64,000 nt of DNA from Verrucomicrobiota bacterium. Its GTDB lineage: Bacteria > Verrucomicrobiota > Verrucomicrobiia > Verrucomicrobiales > DEV007. The DNA is taken from NCBI GenBank assembly GCA_045046875.1, contig JASFYY010000118.1:9841-73840 (forward strand), in the 5' to 3' direction. The notes beneath the pieces are model-generated. The model was given only the letters and a program-made list of their open reading frames with translations. It was not told the DNA's origin and did no database searches. Both the position numbers and the translations under genes were made by a program. This document shows, piece by piece, positions 39,629 through 48,398 of this stretch (its first letter is position 1; each line of letters starts with the position of its first letter).

Positions 39629-40684
39629 TTATTCGGCCAACGTTGTCCAGTAATAGTAAGCTTCTGGACTGATACCTTTCAAGCGTTGCAGGATCGTAAA
39701 ATTTTCCGGTAGCTGGTGGTCTTTGATTTGATCAATGTGTGAAACATCGAAAACAGGGAGATTTTCGGAAATTGAATCACGTCCGATAATCGAAACGAGG
39801 GCTGCGGTTTTTGCAGCAGCGATTTTGGCCTGCGGCAGTCGGAAGCGGCAATCAATCAAGTGATTGGGCAGCTGCTTGATGCCGCGACGAAGGAGGCGGG
39901 TATGTTCCGTTTCAGTGAACCCTTTCAAATCCAGGGAGCAAAGTTGAAAGCAAGTTTCGATGGTGTCGGCAAGGTAATCCGCGTAGCTGGGGGCGGAATC
40001 GCGGTAGGAGCATTCGGCTGAGTGTGCCGTTCGGTTGGCAGCTGCAACAGATTCTAGATCAGTTACTACATCGTAGAGTTGTGCAATGTCGAAGAGTTGC
40101 TTGATCACTTGTTGACTGAAGCGCTCGGTCAAAGGCACGCCGATGGTGTTGGGAGCAAAGGCGGTGAGTTTGTCGCCGAGTAGAGCATTCACCGTGGGCG
40201 TAGTCACAAATACGGGTTTCGATGTTTCAATGAAGGGAGTCGTTATAGATTTCTCGACAAGATCGCTGAGGGTGTTTTTCTCGGTGACGATATCGAGCAG
40301 GATGGGAGTTTCACGCCCAGGACGGAGGGGCGAATCGTAGTAGAATTTGTAATGAAGCCGTTTGGGCAGTCGATGCTCTCCGCGCAACTGTTCTTCCCAA
40401 CGGGAAAAGGGTGTATCCGTTAATAGTGAATCGAGAATGGGAGCCAACAAGCCTGCATCGGTATCACAGACGATGTCGATATCGATGGACAGACGTTGCG
40501 GCTTGGGCAAATGCAGCAACAGCGAGGTGCCGCCTTTGAAAACAAAACCCAGACTGCTATGGGATAGCGCGCAGAGCAAGGTAAGGGCAAAAATAGCCCG
40601 TTCGAGGATCTCAGGATCGACCGCGTTCAAGCCTTCCCGTTGGGATTCGATCCATTCACGGCTATGACAATGCGGCTCGATCAT
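39629..40684 (-). CDS. AbiEii/AbiGii-family nucleotidyltransferase toxin (type IV TA)
   Basis: FVFKGGTSL...RLSIDIDI Pol-beta-like motif; LLDI; LLGDKLTAF; IKQLFDI. Confidence 0.9.
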   Translation of the reverse strand: MIEPHCHSREWIESQREGLNAVDPEILERAIFALTLLCALSHSSLGFVFKGGTSLLLHLPKPQRLSIDIDIVCDTDAGLLAPILDSLLTDTPFSRWEEQLRGEHRLPKRLHYKFYYDSPLRPGRETPILLDIVTEKNTLSDLVEKSITTPFIETSKPVFVTTPTVNALLGDKLTAFAPNTIGVPLTERFSQQVIKQLFDIAQLYDVVTDLESVAAANRTAHSAECSYRDSAPSYADYLADTIETCFQLCSLDLKGFTETEHTRLLRRGIKQLPNHLIDCRFRLPQAKIAAAKTAALVSIIGRDSISENLPVFDVSHIDQIKDHQLPENFTILQRLKGISPEAYYYWTTLAE

Positions 40685-40687
40685 GGA

Positions 40688-42781
40688 TCAGATGATGGAA
40701 GGGAGCAATTCTTTCACATCGATTTTGCGCCGCTCGGCGTAGCGTTTGAAAGCGGTGAGGTTGATTCGTTTAGCTGAAGTCAGGTTGTGCAACAAGCGGC
40801 GGTATTCTTCCAGCTCGTAAAGTCCGAGCTTTTGGATTTCGTAATAAAGATCGATCAGGGTGTGCTCTATAGGCGAGCGTTTTTCGACGTGATCGGAGGA
40901 CAGACGCGGGCGCAGGATGATCGTATCTTCTGTTTCCAAGGAAAAGGACTTTGCTGCTTCTCCGAGGGGATGAATGACGACCCTGTGTCCGGCATCGCGC
41001 AGGGAATCGGCGACCGGCTCGAAGGCGTCGCGATCCACCATCAGGAAGGTGGCGTGACGGGTTGGCAGATGATGGAAATAGGCAGCAAGTTCGCGGGTGC
41101 TCCAGAGGGTGTGGTCGAGCAGAGGGAAGTCTTGCTTGAGGCTTTTCTGCAGCGATTGCATCACAGCAATGTTCTGATCGGGAAGAAAAGCTTCGGGCAG
41201 ATCGGAATACCAGCCGCGACCAGCGTCATGAATCAGGCCCTCGCGCATCCAGTCCTGCAGGTAACGTTTGATGGTAGCGGATTCGTAATGCAGAGCCTCG
41301 GCTTCGATGGTCTTCTGAATGGTGGCTAGGTCGATGTAGTGACGGGAGAGGCCGAAGAGTTTGGGTAGCAGTTCCCCGGCGACGTAGTGCTTGCCGTCGA
41401 GGTAGGCGAGCGCGGTTTTTTCGTCCTGTTCGATGGCGATCTCGACAGCACGTTTGGCGCGGGCTAGGAGGGATTTGGAGTGGTGTGATTTGTTTCGGGA
41501 TTCAAAAACTAAGTCGCGAATTTTATTTTGAATATGTTCAGGAGCCAACCAAATCTTAAAATCAGCAATATCACTGGGATAGAGTTCAATTTGACCAGAA
41601 GAACCACTGTATCTTTGTTCCACTTGAAGCTGACCTGCAGGACTGTTCAGAAAAGTTGCCAAATAAGTAGGGTCGATGGAGTGCTCCTTAATTTTGATAA
41701 TAGTAACATGGTTGTCAGGCAAAGCTGGGTAAGGTTCTAAATAGGCAGCAGAGCGTCCTATGGTGCCTACACCAGTTCCATTAATAAGAACATTGCCTTT
41801 CTCAATAAGTAGAGAGTTGTCCCGAGGCTGAGCAAATCGATTTCCATCATCGATACGAACTGTCCCTTTGGCCACATGTTTCGAGTTCACTACAGGTAAA
41901 CCTTTCTCAGTGTAGTCGGGTTGTCTGCCCCTACTGATTTGAGACGATAAATTTCCAAGGATTTCTAACTCACCAGCTTGAGCAATTTTATTTTCAAGAG
42001 CTTCAAATTTTGGGTGGAAAAAATTAGCATCATACCGTTTCGCAGCGAATACATCACTGGCTGGTTTTTCATAACTCAATGGATTGGGCGGCTCCCAGTT
42101 ATCGAGCTTGAGCGCGGAGAGGAGGGTTTGTTCGGCTTTGTCGCGGGCTTGTTCAGAACACTCCAGCGCGATGCGTGCCGCTTGGACTTTTCCAACAATT
42201 TCCCGTTTTAGTTCAGTAGATAGTTGAGGGATCAATACTTGGTCAACGTCTTCCAATAAAAAGCCTGTTTGAACTGTTCCCCTACGAAATCTTTGTATTT
42301 GGGAAGCACCTAATTTAGACTCTAGGTAAATTGCCAAAAATTCAGCTTCTATAGAATGGGGTCGAAAAATGGCTAACTTACATGAACAAGTTGCTTTCCG
42401 GTCAGATCCTACCAAAGACAGAGCACCAACGGTTCCAACTATAGACAGCAAGACGTCCCCTTTTTCCAAGTGGGAGCGTTTCATGTGATTATCAGCAAAT
42501 GCTTCGGATGTTATTTCGATTGGATTAGATTGCTCGATAAAAAATGGTCCTGTTACATCCTGTCCGCGATAATAGGGAATCCCGCTCTCAATGAATGAAT
42601 CTGAAATTGAGAAATGGTTGCCGTCAGAAACAGCTACTAAATCAGCAATTGAGAAAGTTTTTCTAGAAGCTAGATTTTTTTCTATTAAAACATGGGATTT
42701 CTTGAAAAATTCTGCGTCGATGCGTTTCGTGCGTTCGAGATCGTAAAGTCGAATCTCGGTTGCTTCCAGCCCCTCCAACAA
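40688..42781 (-). CDS. HsdS-like specificity subunit (two TRDs) fused to C-terminal AbiEi/DUF6577-like antitoxin domain
   Basis: TRD1 (IDAEFF...GDVLLSIVGTVG...FLAIYLES) and TRD2 (RYDANFFHPK...GNVLINGTGVGTIGR...YLATFLNS), each followed by a helical spacer; then wHTH-like TIKRYLQDWMREGLIHDAGRGWYS and ...IEHTLIDLY...RYAERR. Confidence 0.82.
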   Translation of the reverse strand: MLEGLEATEIRLYDLERTKRIDAEFFKKSHVLIEKNLASRKTFSIADLVAVSDGNHFSISDSFIESGIPYYRGQDVTGPFFIEQSNPIEITSEAFADNHMKRSHLEKGDVLLSIVGTVGALSLVGSDRKATCSCKLAIFRPHSIEAEFLAIYLESKLGASQIQRFRRGTVQTGFLLEDVDQVLIPQLSTELKREIVGKVQAARIALECSEQARDKAEQTLLSALKLDNWEPPNPLSYEKPASDVFAAKRYDANFFHPKFEALENKIAQAGELEILGNLSSQISRGRQPDYTEKGLPVVNSKHVAKGTVRIDDGNRFAQPRDNSLLIEKGNVLINGTGVGTIGRSAAYLEPYPALPDNHVTIIKIKEHSIDPTYLATFLNSPAGQLQVEQRYSGSSGQIELYPSDIADFKIWLAPEHIQNKIRDLVFESRNKSHHSKSLLARAKRAVEIAIEQDEKTALAYLDGKHYVAGELLPKLFGLSRHYIDLATIQKTIEAEALHYESATIKRYLQDWMREGLIHDAGRGWYSDLPEAFLPDQNIAVMQSLQKSLKQDFPLLDHTLWSTRELAAYFHHLPTRHATFLMVDRDAFEPVADSLRDAGHRVVIHPLGEAAKSFSLETEDTIILRPRLSSDHVEKRSPIEHTLIDLYYEIQKLGLYELEEYRRLLHNLTSAKRINLTAFKRYAERRKIDVKELLPSII

Positions 42782-42810
42782 GTCCTCGTAACGAGCTTTG
42801 TCGAAGGGGC

Positions 42811-44916
42811 TTACCCTTTTCCCGGCGCGAACGACAGGCCCTCTCGTTTAGCGAACTCCCCAAAGGCCTCCGCAATTCCATCCTGCGTCTTGCCGTCGTG
42901 ATTGAACAAGTCGTGTTTCACGATCAGATGCCCATGCCCATCGAGCACAAACTCATCGAGACTGCTTGCGGTCGCTTCGTAGCGATTAGGCACCTCATCC
43001 CATTTGTCCGCCACCTGCTTGCGGTCACTTCCATTTCCTTCCTTGATCTCCAACAAATCCTTGCGTTTCAAATAAATCTTCTCCCCCGAGTTGTCTTTAC
43101 TCGACTCCTGCATCGTCGCAAAAAAGATCGGGTAATCGTCTTTTTTCGGACAGAGTTTCTCGTCCCACTTCTGCACCAACAGCACCGAAGTCTTAGTTCC
43201 CGTGTGAGGCTTGAACACATTGCCATGCAGTCCCACCACCGCCAGAATGCGACAGTGCTCCATGATGTATTCGCGCAGGTGTTTGTCAGAGGAATTATTA
43301 AACCGCCCCTGTGGCAGCACTACCGCCATGCGTCCACCGGGTTTCAAAAAATCCAGATTGCGTTCGATGAACAACAAGTCTCTACCGACTTTCGTCTGGT
43401 ATTTGCCATTGGGCTTTTTGCCCAGGTCATACTTGGCGAGAATACGTGACTCTTTTATGTCCCCGGCAAAAGGCGGGTTTGCCAGCAGCACATCAAAGTT
43501 GAAATGATGATCACTGTTTTTCTTCGCCCGCAGTTTTTTCAGCTTCTTCCAGCCTTGATTATAAGTATCGATCCACTCTTCATCCTTGGTTTTTTCATCC
43601 CAGCGCTCCCAATCCAGTGTATTGAGATGCAACACATTGGTCTGTCCATCCCCAGCGATCAAGTTAAGCGTGCGCGCCACCCGCACCGAACGTTCGTCAA
43701 AATCTATCGCGAAGACCTTGTCGTTCACGTAGTCGGTGCAACGCTGCGATTTTTCCTCAGCGGTGAACAAATGACTCTTCGGCAGTCCCTCGTCGGCGAG
43801 GATTTTCTCCCACACATGAAAGATCGAGTGAACCGGAAAACCACAACTGCCTGCCGCAGTATCGATCAGCGTCTCATCCTCCTTGGGATCCAGCATCTTT
43901 ACGCACATGTCGATGACATAACGCGGAGTGAAGTATTGCCCCTTTTCGCCCTTGCTCGATTTGTTGATCAGGTATTCGAAAGCCTCGTCCACTACATCGA
44001 GGTTGGAGTTGAAAAGCTTCACATCCTGCAGGGACGAAACACAAACTGAAAGATGGGAAGCGGTCAGGTCGATCTTGGAATCCGGACTGAAAACGCCTTC
44101 CCATTTTTTCTTAGCTAGATTAAAAAGTTCGCCGATCTTCTCCTTCAGCTCGGTTTCGGTATCACCGTAGTTGCGAAACTCCAGATGGCGCTTTTTGTTC
44201 CGCCCCGATGACATTTCATCAAAGAGCTTGGTGAAAATCAGTTTGAACAATTCCTCGAAAACATCCACCCCGGCATTGGCCAGCACCTCGTCCTCCATTT
44301 CGAGAATCAAATCCTTGAGCGATTTGCGCTCGTTGATGAGCTTGTCCTTTTTGACTAAGTCATCAATCGTCCAGCGCTCGGTGAGGATGTCCGAAAGTTT
44401 TTCCGTCGCTTTGGGGATACCAGGAATGTCCTCGAAAAAATTCGGATCCTTGCGGTGGTAATACGAGATCGACTCCCCATTAGTCCACACTCCGATTGGA
44501 GCACCCGTAGCATTGCAATAGGATTTGAGCTGCTCCTTGCCGTCTTTGAGTTTGGGTTTTTTGAGCTCGACGATCAGATAAACCGAACGCGTATCCTGTT
44601 TATCAAAAATGACAATGTCCGCACGCTTTTTCTCCCGCCCGAAGCTGACCGAATACTCCAGCTCCATACGGTCGAGCGGATAGTTGAGATCTTCATGCAA
44701 TACGCGCAGATAGAGCTGACGAACAGCTTCTTCAGGCGTGAGTTTAATGTCCTTTTCCCGCACCAAGCAATGGATATAAGGGGCATCCTTGCCGCGAACC
44801 GTTTTTTCAAACACCAATTTCTCGAAAGCCTCAATCTGTTCCTTAGTAAATTGGCTGAGACTATAGTTCGAGTCCTTAAGAATGGATGAGAGTTGGAAAG
44901 TGCTTATTTCAGTCAT
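42811..44916 (-). CDS. Fused endonuclease (HsdR_N-like PD-(D/E)xK) + gamma-class N6-adenine methyltransferase (Type IIB/IIG-like RM subunit)
   Basis: TPEEAVRQ, RADIVIF..IVELKKP, GQYFTPR, DTAAGSCGF (motif I), ANPPFAG (motif IV), LFIERNLDFLKPGGRMAVVLP, VFKPHTGTKT. ATG 44916 preferred over GTG 44958. Confidence 0.92.
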   Translation of the reverse strand: MTEISTFQLSSILKDSNYSLSQFTKEQIEAFEKLVFEKTVRGKDAPYIHCLVREKDIKLTPEEAVRQLYLRVLHEDLNYPLDRMELEYSVSFGREKKRADIVIFDKQDTRSVYLIVELKKPKLKDGKEQLKSYCNATGAPIGVWTNGESISYYHRKDPNFFEDIPGIPKATEKLSDILTERWTIDDLVKKDKLINERKSLKDLILEMEDEVLANAGVDVFEELFKLIFTKLFDEMSSGRNKKRHLEFRNYGDTETELKEKIGELFNLAKKKWEGVFSPDSKIDLTASHLSVCVSSLQDVKLFNSNLDVVDEAFEYLINKSSKGEKGQYFTPRYVIDMCVKMLDPKEDETLIDTAAGSCGFPVHSIFHVWEKILADEGLPKSHLFTAEEKSQRCTDYVNDKVFAIDFDERSVRVARTLNLIAGDGQTNVLHLNTLDWERWDEKTKDEEWIDTYNQGWKKLKKLRAKKNSDHHFNFDVLLANPPFAGDIKESRILAKYDLGKKPNGKYQTKVGRDLLFIERNLDFLKPGGRMAVVLPQGRFNNSSDKHLREYIMEHCRILAVVGLHGNVFKPHTGTKTSVLLVQKWDEKLCPKKDDYPIFFATMQESSKDNSGEKIYLKRKDLLEIKEGNGSDRKQVADKWDEVPNRYEATASSLDEFVLDGHGHLIVKHDLFNHDGKTQDGIAEAFGEFAKREGLSFAPGKG
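42817..42823 (-). promoter_or_regulatory. Candidate -1 programmed ribosomal frameshift site G_GGA_AAA
   Basis: X_XXY_YYZ heptamer correctly phased, one codon before the RM stop; the -1 frame is the S-gene frame. Confidence 0.6.
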
Positions 44917-44974
44917 CGTGATGCGAGTTAAAACCCTATTGAATAATAGGAACCTCACTAAAAATCAATACAAC

Positions 44975-45019
44975 AATCCCTCTTTGTCACTTTTTTAAAA
45001 AATGTGACAAAGAGGGATT
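44975..45019. promoter_or_regulatory. Perfect 16-bp inverted repeat (candidate operator) upstream of the defence operon
   Basis: AATCCCTCTTTGTCAC-(13 nt A/T)-GTGACAAAGAGGGATT, in a divergent intergenic region. Confidence 0.7.
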
Positions 45020-45140
45020 ACCCTCACTTCCCCCGCCTCTTTTTTTCCTCGCTCATTTGCCTTCGGGCTGTTGCCTTACAGTCGGCTGAGTCAAAAAATT
45101 CTCTGGAAGATTTCTTGCGAGTCTTTACATTGATAGCTCG

Positions 45141-48100
45141 ATGCCCCCCATCCCTCAACCCAGCTCTTGTTTGCGCGTTTATTTGTCACTACTGACCTGG
45201 CTGTGTGCTTTCTCTGTGACGCAGCCTGGCTCGGCAGCTGAAAAGGCGGTCGATTTCAATCGTGACATCCGCCCCATCTTGTCGGACAAATGTTATTACT
45301 GTCACGGGCCTGACGCCAATAAACGCAAAGCCGATCTGCGCCTGGATGACCGGGCGGCGGCTATCAAAGCAGGCGCTTTTGTTCCAGGTGACGTCCAGGC
45401 CAGCGAGCTACACAAACGCATACACCACCGCGATCCGGACGAAGTGATGCCTTTGCCCAAATCCAAGCTGAAGCTGAGTGCAGCGGATAAAAAATTGCTC
45501 GACCAGTGGATCGCCGAAGGAGCGCCTTACGCCCAGCACTGGTCTTTTGTCACCCCCGGAAAACAGCCTGCCCCCAAATTGCCGCAATCACTAAAAGATT
45601 GGGCAAACAATGGCATCGACTATTTTGTGGCGAAAAAATTGCATCACGCAAATTTAAAACCTTCCCCCCAGGCAAAAAAAGAAACCCTGATACGTCGCGT
45701 AACACTCGACCTCACCGGTCTTCCTCCGACCCCAAAAGAGGTTGATGATTTTCTCGCCGATGCATCGGATCAAGCTTACCAAAAGCTGGTCGACCGCCTG
45801 TTGAAAAGCCAACATTACGGCGAGCGCATGGCTTTGCCCTGGCTCGACGCGGCGCGCTTTGCTGACACCGGGGGTTATCAGGGAGACCTGGTCAAAACCC
45901 AATGGCCCTGGCGTGACTGGGTGATCCGGGCTTACAATGCAAACCTTCCCTTTGATCAATTCACCATCGAGCAGTTGGCAGGAGATCTGTTGCCGAACCC
46001 AAGTGAAGATCAACTGCTAGCGACCGCATTCAATCGCAATCACCGCATCAATGACGAAGGCGGTATCATTCCCGAAGAGTTTCTGGTGGAGTATGTAGCC
46101 GATCGGGTGGAGACCACCACCACGGTGTGGATGGGGCTCACGGTAGGTTGTGCCCGTTGCCATGACCATAAATATGACCCCATCACCCAGCGTGACTTTT
46201 ACCAACTGTTCGCCTTTTTTAACAATGTCCCGGAAAAAGGCAAAGACGGGGATATCGCCCCAAAACCCAACATGGCCATCTATACCGGAGGAACAAAAGC
46301 TGAGCACGAAAAAATAAAAATCTCAGCTGCCGGTCTGCGTAAAAAGCAAAACACTTACACCAAGGCCAATGACAAAAAAATCACTCAATGGTTGGCTCAA
46401 AAATCAACGAGCACTCGTAAGTTACCTGCTTACACCGACCTACCCGATCCGCTGATCCACCTTCCCCTCGATGCCGCGATCAAAAACCGTTTTCAGAACC
46501 TTGGCAGCTCTGCGGGAAAAATCCCAATCAAAGGCAAAGCCAAAGCTGTGCAGCTTGATCAAAAAGCGCGGCACAACAAGGGCGTGCTCATCCGTCTGGG
46601 CGGCTATTTGAATCTGGGCAAACTGAATACTAACAAAGGTTTTGATTCGAAACATGCCATGACTTGGAGCACATGGGTCAATCCCCCCAGCACCACCTTT
46701 GGCATCGAAGGGCCGGTTTTCAGTTGTCTCAGCCCCGATGATAAAGCGCAGGGTTATCAAATCAACTTGGTGGAAAACAGTGACTCCGAATTTTCAATCA
46801 CCTTTCGCTTACACAGCAATCGAGCAGCTGGAAAAAGTATCGAGGTGTCCACCAAACAAGTGATATCCAGAAAGAAATTCGCCCACCTCGTGGTGAGCTA
46901 TGACGGGTCGATGAAAGCGTCTGGTGTCAGGATTTTCCTCAATGGCAAAGCAGTAGAACTGGAGATAAAGAAGGATCTAATTGGCGCAGCTTTCACCACC
47001 CGGGAGGATCTTCTGGTGGGAGTTGAAACAGAAACTTCGGGACCAAAAGGCATCCGCGATGAACTGCTGCACAACGCCATTCTCGATGACATCCAGATAT
47101 ACAACCATGTGCTCAGCGCTTCTCAAATCCATACACTTTATCAACTAGACCCAGTTCAATTACTCGCGGCGAGGCAGGAGCAGAGCCCTGTTGTCAGAGC
47201 CTTTCTCTCCACGGTTTATTTCCGTGATGAAGATCCTGTCTATCAAAAATTGATAAGTCAGTTGAAAAAAATTGAAGCTTCTCTCAAAAGCTTTGAAAGC
47301 AGCAAAATCACCAAAGTTTCGATCATGGAGGAAATGGAAAAACCTCGCGACACTTATCTGCTCACACGCGGCGCTTATGACAACCCGAACAAATCAGCAA
47401 GACTCTCGCCTGCCACTTTCGCTTCCTTATTGCCCATGGCTGAAAACCTGCCAAAAAACCGTCTCGGCCTCGCCCGTTGGTTGTTCGATCCGGAGCATCC
47501 CCTGACCTCCCGGGTAGCAGTGAACCGTTACTGGCAGATGTATTTTGGTCGAGGTCTGGTGAAAACTTCAGAAGACTTCGGATCACAGGGCAGCCCCCCG
47601 ACCCATCCTGGCTTACTGGACTGGCTAGCCGTGGAGTTCCGCGAAAGTGGCTGGGACGTGAAAGTGATGCAGAAGCTGATCGTGATGTCTGCAACTTATC
47701 GTCAGAGTTCAGTCATCAGTTCCGAGCTGTTGCGCTTGGATCCGGAGAACCAGCTGTTGGGCCGTGGCCCGCGTTTTCGTCTCTATGCCCATGCTTTACG
47801 CGACCAGGCTCTTGCCATCAGTGGCAAGCTGGATTCCCGTATCGGAGGTCCACCGGTGATGCCCTACCAGCCAGCGGGACTGTGGGAAGAAGTGAGCGCC
47901 AAAGGAAAAAAATACATCGTTGCTGAAGGCAAGGACCTCTATCGGCGTAGCCTTTACACCTTCTGGCGCCGCACCGTGCCGCCTCCTTCGATGATGAATT
48001 TTGACAATGCCAGTCGCGAAATTTGTTCTATCAGCTCCAACCGCACCAATACCCCGCTGCAGGCGATGAATCTGATGAACGACCCTCAATATGTCGAAGC

Positions 48101-48398
48101 TGCCCGGCTCATGGCTGAACGCATGATCAGCGAAGGCGGAGACTCTGCCACTGATAGAATTATTTTTGGCCACAAGCTCGCCCTCGCCCGGAAGCCGGAT
48201 GCCAGGGTTTTAAAAATTCTGACTCAAGGTTATAACGATTACCTTAAGCAGTTCAAATCAAAGCCAGCAGACGCCAAAGCCTTGATCACCATCGGAAAAT
48301 CAGTTGTCGGAAAAAATATCGATCCCGCTCAACTAGCCGCCACCACAGCCGTAGCCAGTGTTATTTTGAATCTTGACGAAACCGTAACCAAGGAATGA
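45141..48398 (+). CDS. DUF1549/DUF1553 planctomycete cytochrome c protein with LamG-like insert
   Basis: [39 protein letters not shown]...[34 protein letters not shown]. Confidence 0.92.
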   Translation: MPPIPQPSSCLRVYLSLLTWLCAFSVTQPGSAAEKAVDFNRDIRPILSDKCYYCHGPDANKRKADLRLDDRAAAIKAGAFVPGDVQASELHKRIHHRDPDEVMPLPKSKLKLSAADKKLLDQWIAEGAPYAQHWSFVTPGKQPAPKLPQSLKDWANNGIDYFVAKKLHHANLKPSPQAKKETLIRRVTLDLTGLPPTPKEVDDFLADASDQAYQKLVDRLLKSQHYGERMALPWLDAARFADTGGYQGDLVKTQWPWRDWVIRAYNANLPFDQFTIEQLAGDLLPNPSEDQLLATAFNRNHRINDEGGIIPEEFLVEYVADRVETTTTVWMGLTVGCARCHDHKYDPITQRDFYQLFAFFNNVPEKGKDGDIAPKPNMAIYTGGTKAEHEKIKISAAGLRKKQNTYTKANDKKITQWLAQKSTSTRKLPAYTDLPDPLIHLPLDAAIKNRFQNLGSSAGKIPIKGKAKAVQLDQKARHNKGVLIRLGGYLNLGKLNTNKGFDSKHAMTWSTWVNPPSTTFGIEGPVFSCLSPDDKAQGYQINLVENSDSEFSITFRLHSNRAAGKSIEVSTKQVISRKKFAHLVVSYDGSMKASGVRIFLNGKAVELEIKKDLIGAAFTTREDLLVGVETETSGPKGIRDELLHNAILDDIQIYNHVLSASQIHTLYQLDPVQLLAARQEQSPVVRAFLSTVYFRDEDPVYQKLISQLKKIEASLKSFESSKITKVSIMEEMEKPRDTYLLTRGAYDNPNKSARLSPATFASLLPMAENLPKNRLGLARWLFDPEHPLTSRVAVNRYWQMYFGRGLVKTSEDFGSQGSPPTHPGLLDWLAVEFRESGWDVKVMQKLIVMSATYRQSSVISSELLRLDPENQLLGRGPRFRLYAHALRDQALAISGKLDSRIGGPPVMPYQPAGLWEEVSAKGKKYIVAEGKDLYRRSLYTFWRRTVPPPSMMNFDNASREICSISSNRTNTPLQAMNLMNDPQYVEAARLMAERMISEGGDSATDRIIFGHKLALARKPDARVLKILTQGYNDYLKQFKSKPADAKALITIGKSVVGKNIDPAQLAATTAVASVILNLDETVTKE

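Noticed and set aside
42781..42823. Calling the RM/S split a pseudogene or sequencing error
   Set aside because: Both ORFs keep intact motifs and the break coincides with a correctly phased slippery heptamer. An error cannot be fully excluded without reads.
39629..44958. Classical Type I RM system (hsdR-hsdM-hsdS)
   Set aside because: There is no DEAD-box translocase HsdR in or beside the operon; the nuclease domain is fused to the MTase.
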